Shown here in pieces: positions 24,303-33,782 of a stretch of DNA of 64,000 bases. Under the pieces are notes generated by a model that saw only the letters and a program-made list of their open reading frames with translations, was not told where the DNA came from and made no database searches. The stretch lies in assembly GCA_047601445.1 (NCBI GenBank), contig JASGJH010000001.1, forward strand, positions 3,776,001 to 3,840,000. Direction: 5' to 3'. The DNA is from Myxococcales bacterium. Lineage in GTDB: Bacteria > Myxococcota_A > Polyangia > Polyangiales > DASUME01. Position 1 is the stretch's first letter, and the number at the start of each line of letters is the position of its first letter. Position numbers and translations under genes: made by a program.

Positions 24303-24992
24303 TCACGAGGAGCGCGCGCGGAGCAGCCTGCGCACCAGAAAGCCCACCAGCAAAAGGGCAGCCGCCGCCCCGGCCACACGGCCGAGGGAGAAGTTGTTCG
24401 CACCGCTGACCCAGATGCGCGCACGATCTGCGAACACGGCGATCAAGAGGGTGCCAGGCACGGCGCCCAACGACGAGCCGAGCAAGAACAACGGGAAAGG
24501 GATGCGCATGCTGCCCGCGAGCATGTTCACCACCGTGAAGTTCCCGAGCGGCGCCACGCGCGCGGCGGCGCTGGCCCAGAAGGCGTGAGCCTGCAGGGCC
24601 TGGGTCACGCGCAGGAGCTTCGGCCCGGCCAGGGCGAAGAGGGCGCGGCTGCCCACTGCGCGCCCGGCCCAGTAGGTGGTGCTGGCGGCCAGGGCGATGC
24701 CGCTCAGCGCGAGCACGAAGCCATGACTGGAGCCGAACGTCAGGATCGTGGCCACCACCAGCAACGTGACCGGCAGAAACAGCGAGGTCAGCAGCGCGAA
24801 CCCCAGCACCACGTAGAACTCCACGGCCGGGTCCTCGCGTAGGGAAGCCAACTGGAGCTGCACCTGGTCGAGCGATCGGAACGAGCTCAAGTCGAGGATC
24901 CACCACAGGGACAAGAGCGCGAGCAACGCCGATAGCGGCGGCACCAGGAGGATCCAGCGCGCGCGGCTCGAGGGGCGGAACTCGGTCTTCAT
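24303..24992 (-). CDS. DedA/TVP38 (VTT domain) membrane protein
   Basis: Multi-TM; FLPVTLL, YWAGR, RVAPLGNFTVVNMLAG, FLLGSSLGAVPG. Confidence 0.85.
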   Translation of the reverse strand: MKTEFRPSSRARWILLVPPLSALLALLSLWWILDLSSFRSLDQVQLQLASLREDPAVEFYVVLGFALLTSLFLPVTLLVVATILTFGSSHGFVLALSGIALAASTTYWAGRAVGSRALFALAGPKLLRVTQALQAHAFWASAAARVAPLGNFTVVNMLAGSMRIPFPLFLLGSSLGAVPGTLLIAVFADRARIWVSGANNFSLGRVAGAAAALLLVGFLVRRLLRARSS

Positions 24993-25017
24993 GCAGGGCG
25001 GAGCTTAGCTGCTCCCT

Positions 25018-25788
25018 CTAAGGAATGCCGCAGGGGCCGGGCGCGTCGCTGCGCGCGAGCACCTTGACGGCGCCGGACCTGGCCACGTGGTGGGTGAACA
25101 GCGTGGCGCCGCAACGATGCTCCACCCGCGAACGAATCTCGAAGCCATCCGCGAGGGCCCGCTCACAGGCGGGAAGTTGCAAGCCGCACGCCGGCCATAG
25201 CTTGCGCTCGGCGTACAGCCACAGGCGTGCCTCGGCGGCCGTGTCGATCTCGCCCAGCAGCTGCTTGAGTTCCCGTGGCCCCAGCCAGACGCGCGGCTCT
25301 TCGCCGCTCAGGGTAAGCACGTACACGGCGTCCTGCACCGACGGGTCCGCCTCCACCTGGCGCTCTGCACGCGCAACGCGCTCCTCACAACGGGCCATGT
25401 CAGCGGCCGTGCCGCAGGCCGTCCCTCGGGTGGCCAGATCCTGAAACGCGCTGCTCTGCTCGCGCGAACGCAGCACCATGAAGTCTGGCTGTACGCTGAG
25501 CCTCAGCTGCTCCAGCCGAAACGGCTCCTGCTGAACGTGCTCCTCACCGAGCTCGCGGATCAGGGGGGCTCCCAGAGCCGCGCGCTCTGCCTGGCTGCGG
25601 TAAGCGAACGGCACGCGCCCGGGCTCGGCCGGCTGCCCGACCGCGGAACGCGCGGGCGTTGGTGCCGAGACGGGCGGTTGGGACATCGGCTGCACGCGGC
25701 CGCCTGCGCCTGCACATGCCGAGGAATCGAGCCACAGGATCAGCGCTGCGCCCGTCCGTCGTGTCACTGCCGAGGAGCCGCATGCCAT
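25018..25788 (-). CDS. Hypothetical secreted Cys-containing protein
   Basis: LLGEIDTAAEARL...GFEIRS...HVARSGAV recalls the N-terminal domain of myxobacterial ferritin-like lipoproteins; start uncertain. Confidence 0.55.
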   Translation of the reverse strand: MACGSSAVTRRTGAALILWLDSSACAGAGGRVQPMSQPPVSAPTPARSAVGQPAEPGRVPFAYRSQAERAALGAPLIRELGEEHVQQEPFRLEQLRLSVQPDFMVLRSREQSSAFQDLATRGTACGTAADMARCEERVARAERQVEADPSVQDAVYVLTLSGEEPRVWLGPRELKQLLGEIDTAAEARLWLYAERKLWPACGLQLPACERALADGFEIRSRVEHRCGATLFTHHVARSGAVKVLARSDAPGPCGIP

Positions 25789-25817
25789 GGTGTCGCGACC
25801 TCGAGTATAGATTGAGG

Positions 25818-26027
25818 ATGGCGGACATCATCGACAAGGACGACAATCACCCGCCCACGCGGCTGCTCGTGCTGCGCGAGCGGGACACCATGTTGAAGGC
25901 GGCTCGACTCAAGCTCAGCCCCGGCCAACTGCGGCTGATGAACGAGGAGATCGAGGCCGCTCTCGAGCTCCCCGACGACGAGGCCACGCTCGTGCTAGCC
26001 ACGATCAAGAATGCGTGGCTGGACTAG
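25818..26027 (+). CDS. Small hypothetical protein (69 aa)
   Basis: MADIIDKDDNHPPT...; protein-like helical composition, fills the gap. Confidence 0.6.
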   Translation: MADIIDKDDNHPPTRLLVLRERDTMLKAARLKLSPGQLRLMNEEIEAALELPDDEATLVLATIKNAWLD

Positions 26028-26035
26028 TGGGGCAC

Positions 26036-27064
26036 TTAGACCGCGTCCGGACGCAGCAAGACCTTGCCGCTGTTCTTGTGGTGCTCGAGGCTGGCGAAGG
26101 CCTCGCGGACCTGAGAGAACGGGAAGGTTTGGTCCACGTGCGGACGGATCTTGCCCCGCTCGTAGAGTGAGAAGAGCGCCATCATGGCTTCGCGCAGGAC
26201 CGCGGTCTCCCCGAACAAGCGCCCCATGTTCACGCCTGCGTAGCCCTTGTTGTCGTTCATCAGCTTGATGGGCGTGAGGATCGGCGAATGGGCCAGAACC
26301 TTCAGCAAGCGCAGGAAGCCGCGACGCTCACCGTTGCTCGCGTTGGCGATGCCGAAGGCCACCAGCGTGCCGCCCGGTCGCAGCACCGAGTAGTCGCGTG
26401 ACCAGTCGCGCCCGCCGAGCGCGTTGTACACGAAGTCCACGCCGCGCCCATGAGTGAGCCGGGTGATCTCCTGGATGTAGTCCTGCGTGTGGTAGTCGAT
26501 GACGTGCATCAAGCCCTGCTCGCGCACGTAGTCGTGCTTGCCGGCCGAGCAGGTGCCGTAGGTCGTTACGTCGGGCACGGTGCGGCAGAGCTGAATCAGA
26601 GCGGTGCCCACGCCGCCCGCGGCCATGTGGATCAGCACGTGGTCGCCGGGCGCGATGCGCGTCACGCGAAAGAGCATGTGATACGCGGTCAGGTAGTTGA
26701 CCGGCAGCGCAGCGGCCTCTTCGAAGCTCATGCTGGCCGGCATCTTGTACACGCGCTCATGGGGCACACACACGAGGTCTGCCTGGCCCGAGAAGCGCGA
26801 CACGTAGACCACGCGATCGCCGACCGCGAGCCCGCGCACGCCTGCGCCGACCGAATCCACGACGCCCGCTCCCTCGTAGCCCAGCACGCACGGAGGATGC
26901 GGTGCATCCGGATAGAAGCCCTTGCGGGCCATGATCTCCGCGAAATTCACGCCTGCCGCGGCCACGCGCACGCGGACCTCGTCCGCTGCGGGCACGGGGT
27001 CCGGCCCCTCACGCAGCTCGAGGACTTCAGGACCTCCATGACCGGTCACCCAGATCGACTTCAT
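26036..27064 (-). CDS. Medium-chain NADPH:quinone oxidoreductase (VAT-1-like)
   Basis: GGPEVL, AAGVNFAEIMARKG, LGYEGAG, VLIHMAAGGVG, GKVLL. Confidence 0.92.
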   Translation of the reverse strand: MKSIWVTGHGGPEVLELREGPDPVPAADEVRVRVAAAGVNFAEIMARKGFYPDAPHPPCVLGYEGAGVVDSVGAGVRGLAVGDRVVYVSRFSGQADLVCVPHERVYKMPASMSFEEAAALPVNYLTAYHMLFRVTRIAPGDHVLIHMAAGGVGTALIQLCRTVPDVTTYGTCSAGKHDYVREQGLMHVIDYHTQDYIQEITRLTHGRGVDFVYNALGGRDWSRDYSVLRPGGTLVAFGIANASNGERRGFLRLLKVLAHSPILTPIKLMNDNKGYAGVNMGRLFGETAVLREAMMALFSLYERGKIRPHVDQTFPFSQVREAFASLEHHKNSGKVLLRPDAV

Positions 27065-27250
27065 GCGTTTCACCGTAGAGAGCTGCGCTCGCTGTGTCGA
27101 GTCACGCACTTGCGCACGTCCCAAAAGCGAAATCCAACCTGCTCACTGCGCACTAGCGCGAGCCTGGGAGGCCGCACGCGCTCGCGCAGCAGAACGAGGA
27201 CGCACCGGAACGCAAAGAGTGTCAGGCTTTGAATCGACCTGGAGGTTCGC

Positions 27251-28186
27251 ATGCGCGTCACGCTGCCGAGAACACCCGCTGCCGCACCCCAGATGCCTGC
27301 CATCGCAGAGGTCCTCAAGTCCAAGGACGTGGAGGACCCGGTGAACCTCTGGGTGCACCGGCCGTTGGCTTATCTGTTCTGCCGTGCCGTCTTTCACACG
27401 CGGATTTCGCCGAATCAGATCACGCTGTTTTCCATCTTGCTAGGACTCGCGGCGTCGCTGTGTTGGGTCATGGGCAACTCGCGCGCGATGGTCGTCGGCG
27501 GTGTGCTGCTTTGGGCCTCCGCGATCATGGACGGTGCCGATGGCATTCTCGCGCGCGCCCGCAATGCCCAGTCGGCCTTCGGTCGCGCCCTCGATGGGGC
27601 CGCCGACTGGGTCGTGGGACTCGCCTCGGTGGGGGCTTGCGTGTTCCATCTATGGCAGACCGGGCATCACGCGCTCCTGGCCGCGCTCGCCATGCCCACC
27701 ACGCTTCTCACGGTGCTGCAGTTCAACCTGTTCGACTACTACAAGGAAGTCTTCGTCCACAACACACGGCTCGACCGGCGTCGCGAGGGGCACTTCCTGG
27801 CGGACGTCGAGCGCATGCATGCCTCCGACAGCGTGCAGCACGGCCCATGGTACGTGCGCTGGTCCATGCGGCTCTACGTCGACTACGCCAAGACCCAGGA
27901 CCGCATCATCGACAACACCAACCCCGCGGCCCATATCCTGTTGCGCGAAGGTCCGCGCACCGAGCAAGCCGCCGAGCTCTACCGTCGTGAGAATCTACTC
28001 TCGATGCGCATCTGGGCCATGCTCTCGACCGCACCCCACGCCTACCTGTTCTCCATCTTCGGCATGTTCGATCGACTGGACCTCTACATCGCCTTCCGTT
28101 GCGTGGTTTTCGGAGCGCTCACGGGGGTCGCCCTGATGCTGCAGCGGCGCGCGAGCGAGCGAACCCTGGCCGCCTTTCGAGGTTGA
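27251..28186 (+). CDS. CDP-alcohol phosphatidyltransferase family protein
   Basis: ISPNQIT; signature DGADGILARARNAQSAFGRALDGAAD; GGAGG RBS. Confidence 0.92.
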   Translation: MRVTLPRTPAAAPQMPAIAEVLKSKDVEDPVNLWVHRPLAYLFCRAVFHTRISPNQITLFSILLGLAASLCWVMGNSRAMVVGGVLLWASAIMDGADGILARARNAQSAFGRALDGAADWVVGLASVGACVFHLWQTGHHALLAALAMPTTLLTVLQFNLFDYYKEVFVHNTRLDRRREGHFLADVERMHASDSVQHGPWYVRWSMRLYVDYAKTQDRIIDNTNPAAHILLREGPRTEQAAELYRRENLLSMRIWAMLSTAPHAYLFSIFGMFDRLDLYIAFRCVVFGALTGVALMLQRRASERTLAAFRG

Positions 28187-28214
28187 GGGCGCGAGATTCT
28201 CTGGGCACACTCGG

Positions 28215-28259
28215 TCGTGGTCGTGGTCGTTCCGCATTTTTTCGGAACCACGACCACGA
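28215..28259. terminator. Imperfect hairpin built from TCGTGG repeats, downstream of the CDP-alcohol transferase
   Basis: TCGTGGTCGTGGTCGTTCCG-CATTTTTT-CGGAACCACGACCACGA; the T-run lies in the loop, so it is not a canonical terminator. Confidence 0.35.
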
Positions 28260-28296
28260 ATGTGAGGACGGGGGACTTGGTGTATAAGCGTGTGTC

Positions 28297-29139
28297 GTGG
28301 CCACCCGCTGCACACTGAGAACCGACGTCGCTCGAGCGCGCATGGGCGCGCTGGGACAGACACAGGCTTCGCTCGCTTCCGCCTGTGACATCGACGTGCG
28401 CACCGTGCAGCGCTGGTTCGCGGGTCAGGGCGTCAACCTCGCAGATGCCGAACGCGTGGCGGTGCATCTCGGCGTCGGTACGGGCGATCTGTTCGAAGGG
28501 GTCCCTGCAGAGGCTGGGCCCACGGGCGCCCGGCTGCGCCTCCTGCAGCGCTTGCTCGGTGCGCGCGACATCGCCTTCGCCCAGGGCTTCAGGCTGCTGG
28601 GCGAGCACTTCGACATCGTGCTCGAGTCAGTCTCGTTCGCCGCCCACCCGGTGCATGGATTCGTGTCCCGGCACTCCATCGCGGAGTCTTTCCGTCACGG
28701 CTTCGTCGTGTTCCGACTCGCCTGCGGCGAGCAGGCCGCGAATCTGGAAGTGCGTTGTCAGGTGGGTCGCCAGTTCAGCTACGTGGTCGGCAAGGTGCGC
28801 CTGCGTGGAGATCAGGCGGCGATGGTGGAGACCTTCCAGAACCACTCGATGCTCGCGCGACGCGCGCCGGACGGCTCGCTCGCACTGTGGTTCTGGGTCG
28901 GCGCGGAACACCGCGAAGTGGTGTTCGTGGGTAACCGGGAATTCACCACCACGCTCGAACCGCGCGCGCATTCACAGCTGTGTGCGCTGGACGGCCCCGA
29001 GGCGCCTCACATCCTGTGTTTTCGGCCCAATGTCGTCGACTTGCGCGCAGCAGGACTGCCCAGGGGCTTCGACCGACTGACGGGCCCGCGCGAAGGCCGC
29101 GTGGACGTTCCCTTGAGTTGGGACGACGACCCCAGCTGA
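28297..29139 (+). CDS. XRE/Cro-type HTH protein with uncharacterised C-terminal domain
   Basis: TQASLASACDIDVRTVQRWFAG...AERVAVHLGV N-terminal HTH. Confidence 0.75.
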   Translation: MATRCTLRTDVARARMGALGQTQASLASACDIDVRTVQRWFAGQGVNLADAERVAVHLGVGTGDLFEGVPAEAGPTGARLRLLQRLLGARDIAFAQGFRLLGEHFDIVLESVSFAAHPVHGFVSRHSIAESFRHGFVVFRLACGEQAANLEVRCQVGRQFSYVVGKVRLRGDQAAMVETFQNHSMLARRAPDGSLALWFWVGAEHREVVFVGNREFTTTLEPRAHSQLCALDGPEAPHILCFRPNVVDLRAAGLPRGFDRLTGPREGRVDVPLSWDDDPS

Positions 29140-29262
29140 GCACAGCGCGGGGCGTCGCGACGTGAGCGGGGACACGACAAATGGGCGCGCCAGAGTGCGT
29201 TCCTGTCGTGCGCCAGTCGTTGCGACTTCACGACGACCCGACGTACATCCAGAGAGCCCGTC

Positions 29263-31290
29263 ATGCGACTCCTGGTCCTCTCCAGCTTGCTGCTGCTCGT
29301 CGCCTGCTCCGGGCAGACGGCGCTGCGCTCGCTCGATGAATCCGGCACGGCCTTCGACGACGACGCAGCGGTGCGCGACGATCCCACGTCACCCGGCCAG
29401 CGAACGGGCGTCTACGTGGCGCCTGGTCCCGCGTTCGAGGAGGAGCTCGCGGCCTTGTTGGCGTTTCGGCGTACTGCAGCGGGCGATTGTCCTGGCCTCG
29501 CGCAGGCGGGCGGCTGTGGCAACGGCACGTGCGAGTTGGGCGAGACGCGCAGCACGTGTCCGGCGGACTGCGTATTCCACCTGGTGGGTGCCTACAACGA
29601 TCTACCCATCTGCCCGGACTATCAACGCCGCGTGGTCGCCCACTCCGTGAAAGAGGTGCAGGAAGCCGTGCAGCAAGCGCTCCACGCCGGCCAGCGCGTA
29701 CGCGCCGTGGGAGCGCGCCACTCGGCGAGCGCCGCGATCTGTGGGGACGGCATGGCCATCGACATGAGCGAGTTCGCGGACCTCGAGGCGACGCGCATCG
29801 AGGACGGCGTGGCCTACGTGCAGCCTGGCGTGCGCATGATCGATCTTGGTGACTACCTGTTCGAGCGCGGCTTCGGCATCGGCTTCACGCACCTCGGCTT
29901 CCGCGGCGTCACTGTGGCGGGCGCCATCGGGACCTCCGCGCACGGCTCCTCGCCCATCCACAACAACAGCCTGTCGCACCGCGTGGCGAGCCTTACCCTG
30001 GTGCTCGCCGACGGTTCGCTGCGCACCTACCATGAGCGCGAGACCACCTCGGATCTGTGGAGGGCCCTGACCACGCATCTCGGGCTGCTCGGCGTGATCG
30101 TGGAGGTGGGCGTGCATCTCGAGCCGGCGTTCCAGCTGGACACGCAAATCGACTTGGTGGACGAGAGCACCATGCTCGACGGCGAGGGCGCACGGGCGTT
30201 GCTCGAGGGCTGCGACTGGGGTCAGTTCAACTGGTTCCCACACCACCACCAGGCCTTCCGTTGGTGCGGAACGATCAGCAGCAGCGCAGGCAGCGAACGC
30301 GTCGACAACGTGTTGCTCGACCCAGGTGTCAGTCCCGATCTGGCGGAGCTCGCCAAGGCAGGCTTTCACGCGGGCACTTGCGACGCGGCCTTCAACGCAG
30401 CGCTCGAAGATGCGCGCTTCGACGGCCTCAAGAACAACCCGCCGCTGCGCGTGACCCACGCCGACGGCAGCACCTCCTATGCGGACCACGCCGTCGGACC
30501 GGCGCACCGCATGACCTCGGCAGACCTGATCGCGCTGGGCGACGACAAGTACTTCCAGATGGACTGGGAAGTGGCTGTGCCGCAGCAATACATCGGCGAC
30601 GCGCTACGTGCGGCGAGGCAAGTCTTCGATGCCCACGATGTGAGCCTACCGGGCGTGGGTGTGTTCGTGCGCTTCGGGAAGATCGAGAAGGGCAGCTGGC
30701 TGAGCTATCACAGCGCGGGCGCTGACTTTGCCGAAGGGCAGACCGCCATGTTCTTCGAGACCCCCGTGGCGGTGCCGGCCGGCTACTCGGACGCCGAGCT
30801 GCGCGACTACCTGCGCATCTACCAGGGCTTGATCGGCCTGTTCATCCGGCACTTCGGAGCGCGCGCCCACTGGGGCAAGAATCTCGACGAGGTGTTCGAG
30901 CTGCAACAGGGGGTCGGCACCTACGCCGGACGCCTGGACAAGATGAACCGTGCGGTCGCCATGCTCGACCCGTTCGGTGTGTTTGCCAACGACTTCGCCC
31001 GGCGCATCGGCATCCACTGGCCGCGCCAGACCGAGGGGTTCGACGAGCTCACGTCCGAGGTCCAGCCCTGCGGCGTGGAGGCCGACCCCAAGTGCGCCTA
31101 CCAAGCTCGCGTCACCTACGCCAACGGCTGCCGCGCGCAGGCCGCCGGTGAGGACGCCCAGGGGCTCTTGCCCGGTCCCTGCGACGGGCTGATCTGGGAA
31201 CCCTGCTCGGCCATCGACCCTCGCACCTGCGTCTGGGATCGGAAGCAGCACGAGCAGTCCGCCTTCGCGCCAGCCTTGGTCAGCTACTGA
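29263..31290 (+). CDS. FAD-linked aldonolactone oxidase (GULO/ALO family) lipoprotein with Cys-rich modules
   Basis: Lipobox LVAC; RAVGARHS (covalent FAD His), TVAGAIGTSAHGS, LGLLGVIVEV, RAHWGKN, LDPFGVFAN. Confidence 0.85.
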   Translation: MRLLVLSSLLLLVACSGQTALRSLDESGTAFDDDAAVRDDPTSPGQRTGVYVAPGPAFEEELAALLAFRRTAAGDCPGLAQAGGCGNGTCELGETRSTCPADCVFHLVGAYNDLPICPDYQRRVVAHSVKEVQEAVQQALHAGQRVRAVGARHSASAAICGDGMAIDMSEFADLEATRIEDGVAYVQPGVRMIDLGDYLFERGFGIGFTHLGFRGVTVAGAIGTSAHGSSPIHNNSLSHRVASLTLVLADGSLRTYHERETTSDLWRALTTHLGLLGVIVEVGVHLEPAFQLDTQIDLVDESTMLDGEGARALLEGCDWGQFNWFPHHHQAFRWCGTISSSAGSERVDNVLLDPGVSPDLAELAKAGFHAGTCDAAFNAALEDARFDGLKNNPPLRVTHADGSTSYADHAVGPAHRMTSADLIALGDDKYFQMDWEVAVPQQYIGDALRAARQVFDAHDVSLPGVGVFVRFGKIEKGSWLSYHSAGADFAEGQTAMFFETPVAVPAGYSDAELRDYLRIYQGLIGLFIRHFGARAHWGKNLDEVFELQQGVGTYAGRLDKMNRAVAMLDPFGVFANDFARRIGIHWPRQTEGFDELTSEVQPCGVEADPKCAYQARVTYANGCRAQAAGEDAQGLLPGPCDGLIWEPCSAIDPRTCVWDRKQHEQSAFAPALVSY

Positions 31291-31635
31291 GGAGAACCGA
31301 GGATCCGTCTGGTCTAAGCCCGGAACCTCGCGGCGAACTCAAGCCCTACCCGATCGGGTGGTCTGCCGGAGTCCGCAAGGGTTGGCTGCGGACCACACTG
31401 CTTACACCTACGCCAGTCCACTCCTGCGGCCTCGGTTCGCCGCGCCGCTCATGCGCCGCCAATCCGTGCGCAACATCGCGCGCCACTCCCATTTTTGAGG
31501 GTGTATTTGGCAATCGCCCCACGTAGCCTATGCGGGCACGCGGAGCCGACTCACCGCTGCGGCGGGGAGCTCTGTGGATCGGCGTGGAGGTGCACCGCCT
31601 CCGCGTCAGCGCGCGTCGGACGGGGGACATCGAGA

Positions 31636-33723
31636 ATGAAGCGGCATGCGTGGTTGGGCCTGGGGCTGGGTCTGTGTGTTGGTTTGACGGCTTGCGGCGG
31701 ATCGGACAGCGACGAAGCGGCGCCCGAGAGCGACGCGGGCGTCCCCGACTATACGAACGCCATCAAGCAGCTGCGTGACGACATCAACGGCCTGGGCCAG
31801 ATGTCAGGCGGGCTGGACGGCCGCCTCGACGTGCTCGAGACCCCGAAGACCCCTGGGTCCTGCAGCAAGGGAGAGCTCTGCATCCCGGACGGCGTCAATC
31901 TCGTCGAGGCCGGTCTGCAGCCCCTGGTCGCCGCGCTCTGCGCCTACGAGACCGGCTGCTGCAACCCGGGCGAGCTGAACTACCTGTACGGCCCGGCAGT
32001 GACCTCCGCCGCGGACTGCGAGGCAACCTTCAAGGACCTGCTCAACAACGGCCAGATCAACGGCCCGTACATCTTCGAGGGCAGCCTCCAGCTCCTCGCG
32101 CGAGCGGCCCATGCCTTGAACGACACGGACGTGCTCGTCGAGATCGACCCCGCCGGCGTCGACGCCTGCACCGCGCGCATCAAGGCCGAGAAGTGCGCCA
32201 AGGATGCGGACGACGAGACCGTCTGTACCCCTGGGAAGCTCTACGAGTACGACGACAGCTGCTCATTGCGCAAGATGCTCAAGGGCCTGGAGCGCGAGGG
32301 CGACCCCTGCGAGCCGGGCGAGATCAACGAGTGTGGCGCCGGTCTGGTCTGCCGTGACACGTCCTCCGATGAGACCAGCGGTCAGTCCGGCATCTGCAGC
32401 GCCAAGGCCAGCGCGGGCGATCGCTGCGTGAACAACGACGACTGCGACGATCTCTTCTGCGAGAGCGCCAGCGGTACGTGCAAGGCGCGCGCGAAGGAGG
32501 GCGAGGCATGCAGCTACATCGACCCCACGTTCACGAAGATCGGCGCCTACAGCTACCTGGGTCAGCTCCAGGGCGATAGTTTCACCAACCTCGACTGCGA
32601 GCAGGGCCTCACCTGCAACCCGAGCACCAACAAGTGCGTGAAGGGTTACTGTGCCGAGGGTTCCTTCTGCGACAACAACTCGCAGTGTCCGACTGGCTTG
32701 GTCTGCAGCCGACTGGCGAACGATGCGCTGAACCAGTGGGTTCAGAACGATTTCGTGGGCCTGTGCGCGCCAGGTCGCGCCCAGGATGCCACCTGCGTCG
32801 AGCGCGGCATCATCAACGGTCGCCATGACAACGACTGCGCGAGCAACCAGTGCGCCGATCCGGACGCGAACGATCAGACCACCTGCCAGCCCGCGCTGGT
32901 GGCCGACGGTCAAGCGTGCGACGACGGTGCCGACTGCCTGAGCGGTCACTGCGGCAGCGCCAACACCTGCGCGCCCAAGTGCGACCTCTACTGCGACTCT
33001 GCCGACTGTCTCAAGTGCGCCGCCGGTAGCTTCTGCAACTACGGAGGCAACGGCTACTGGTGCGAGCCCCTGATCGCCACCTCCAGCCCTTGCAACTCCT
33101 ACGACCAACTCAGCTGCGCGAGCGGCTTCTGCAGCGATGATACCGACCTGTGCACTGCCAAGAGCACCAACGGCACCTGCCCCTCGGGTCTCCCCGAACA
33201 GTGCCCGGTCGGTCAGGGCTGCATGCAGGGCAACTGTGTGGCCGGCGCCGCGGTCGGTCAGCCGTGCACCGTGCCCGAGAGCTACAGCTCTGGATGCGTG
33301 GCCGGCGCGTACTGCTGGTGGACCACCCCCGAGCACACTGCCGGCGTCTGCGCGGAGCTCGGCCTCGATCGAGACTCCCTGCGCAAGCTCCCCAATGGCG
33401 CGGAGTGCGAGGGCGCCAACGAATGGTGCGCGAGCGGCGCCTGCATGTACGATGGGACCACCTACGTCTGCCGAGACGCCAGCGAAGGCACCACCTGCAA
33501 TCCGACGAGGGACGCTGGCTGCGGAGATGAGGGGGTATGCGTCCCCGGCGAGACCCCGGTCACCGGCACGTGCAAGAAGGTCCGCAAGACCGGTGAACCC
33601 TGTGATCCCAAGCTCGAGGGCCTCGAGTGCGCCTCGGGCGACTGCGTCGTCGAGCACGAGAGCTTCGTGTGCGCCCCCGGTGGCGAGGGCGAGATCTTCT
33701 GTCACGAGAGCTTCGATCGTTGA
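31636..33723 (+). CDS. Cys-rich repeat lipoprotein (paralog 1)
   Basis: Lipobox LTAC, short coiled coil, dozens of disulfide-type repeats. Confidence 0.85.
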   Translation: MKRHAWLGLGLGLCVGLTACGGSDSDEAAPESDAGVPDYTNAIKQLRDDINGLGQMSGGLDGRLDVLETPKTPGSCSKGELCIPDGVNLVEAGLQPLVAALCAYETGCCNPGELNYLYGPAVTSAADCEATFKDLLNNGQINGPYIFEGSLQLLARAAHALNDTDVLVEIDPAGVDACTARIKAEKCAKDADDETVCTPGKLYEYDDSCSLRKMLKGLEREGDPCEPGEINECGAGLVCRDTSSDETSGQSGICSAKASAGDRCVNNDDCDDLFCESASGTCKARAKEGEACSYIDPTFTKIGAYSYLGQLQGDSFTNLDCEQGLTCNPSTNKCVKGYCAEGSFCDNNSQCPTGLVCSRLANDALNQWVQNDFVGLCAPGRAQDATCVERGIINGRHDNDCASNQCADPDANDQTTCQPALVADGQACDDGADCLSGHCGSANTCAPKCDLYCDSADCLKCAAGSFCNYGGNGYWCEPLIATSSPCNSYDQLSCASGFCSDDTDLCTAKSTNGTCPSGLPEQCPVGQGCMQGNCVAGAAVGQPCTVPESYSSGCVAGAYCWWTTPEHTAGVCAELGLDRDSLRKLPNGAECEGANEWCASGACMYDGTTYVCRDASEGTTCNPTRDAGCGDEGVCVPGETPVTGTCKKVRKTGEPCDPKLEGLECASGDCVVEHESFVCAPGGEGEIFCHESFDR

Positions 33724-33782
33724 AATGGTTCAGGCGGGCCGAGCAGGCTCTGTACGCATCGAACTGGAAAGGGACCTACGAC

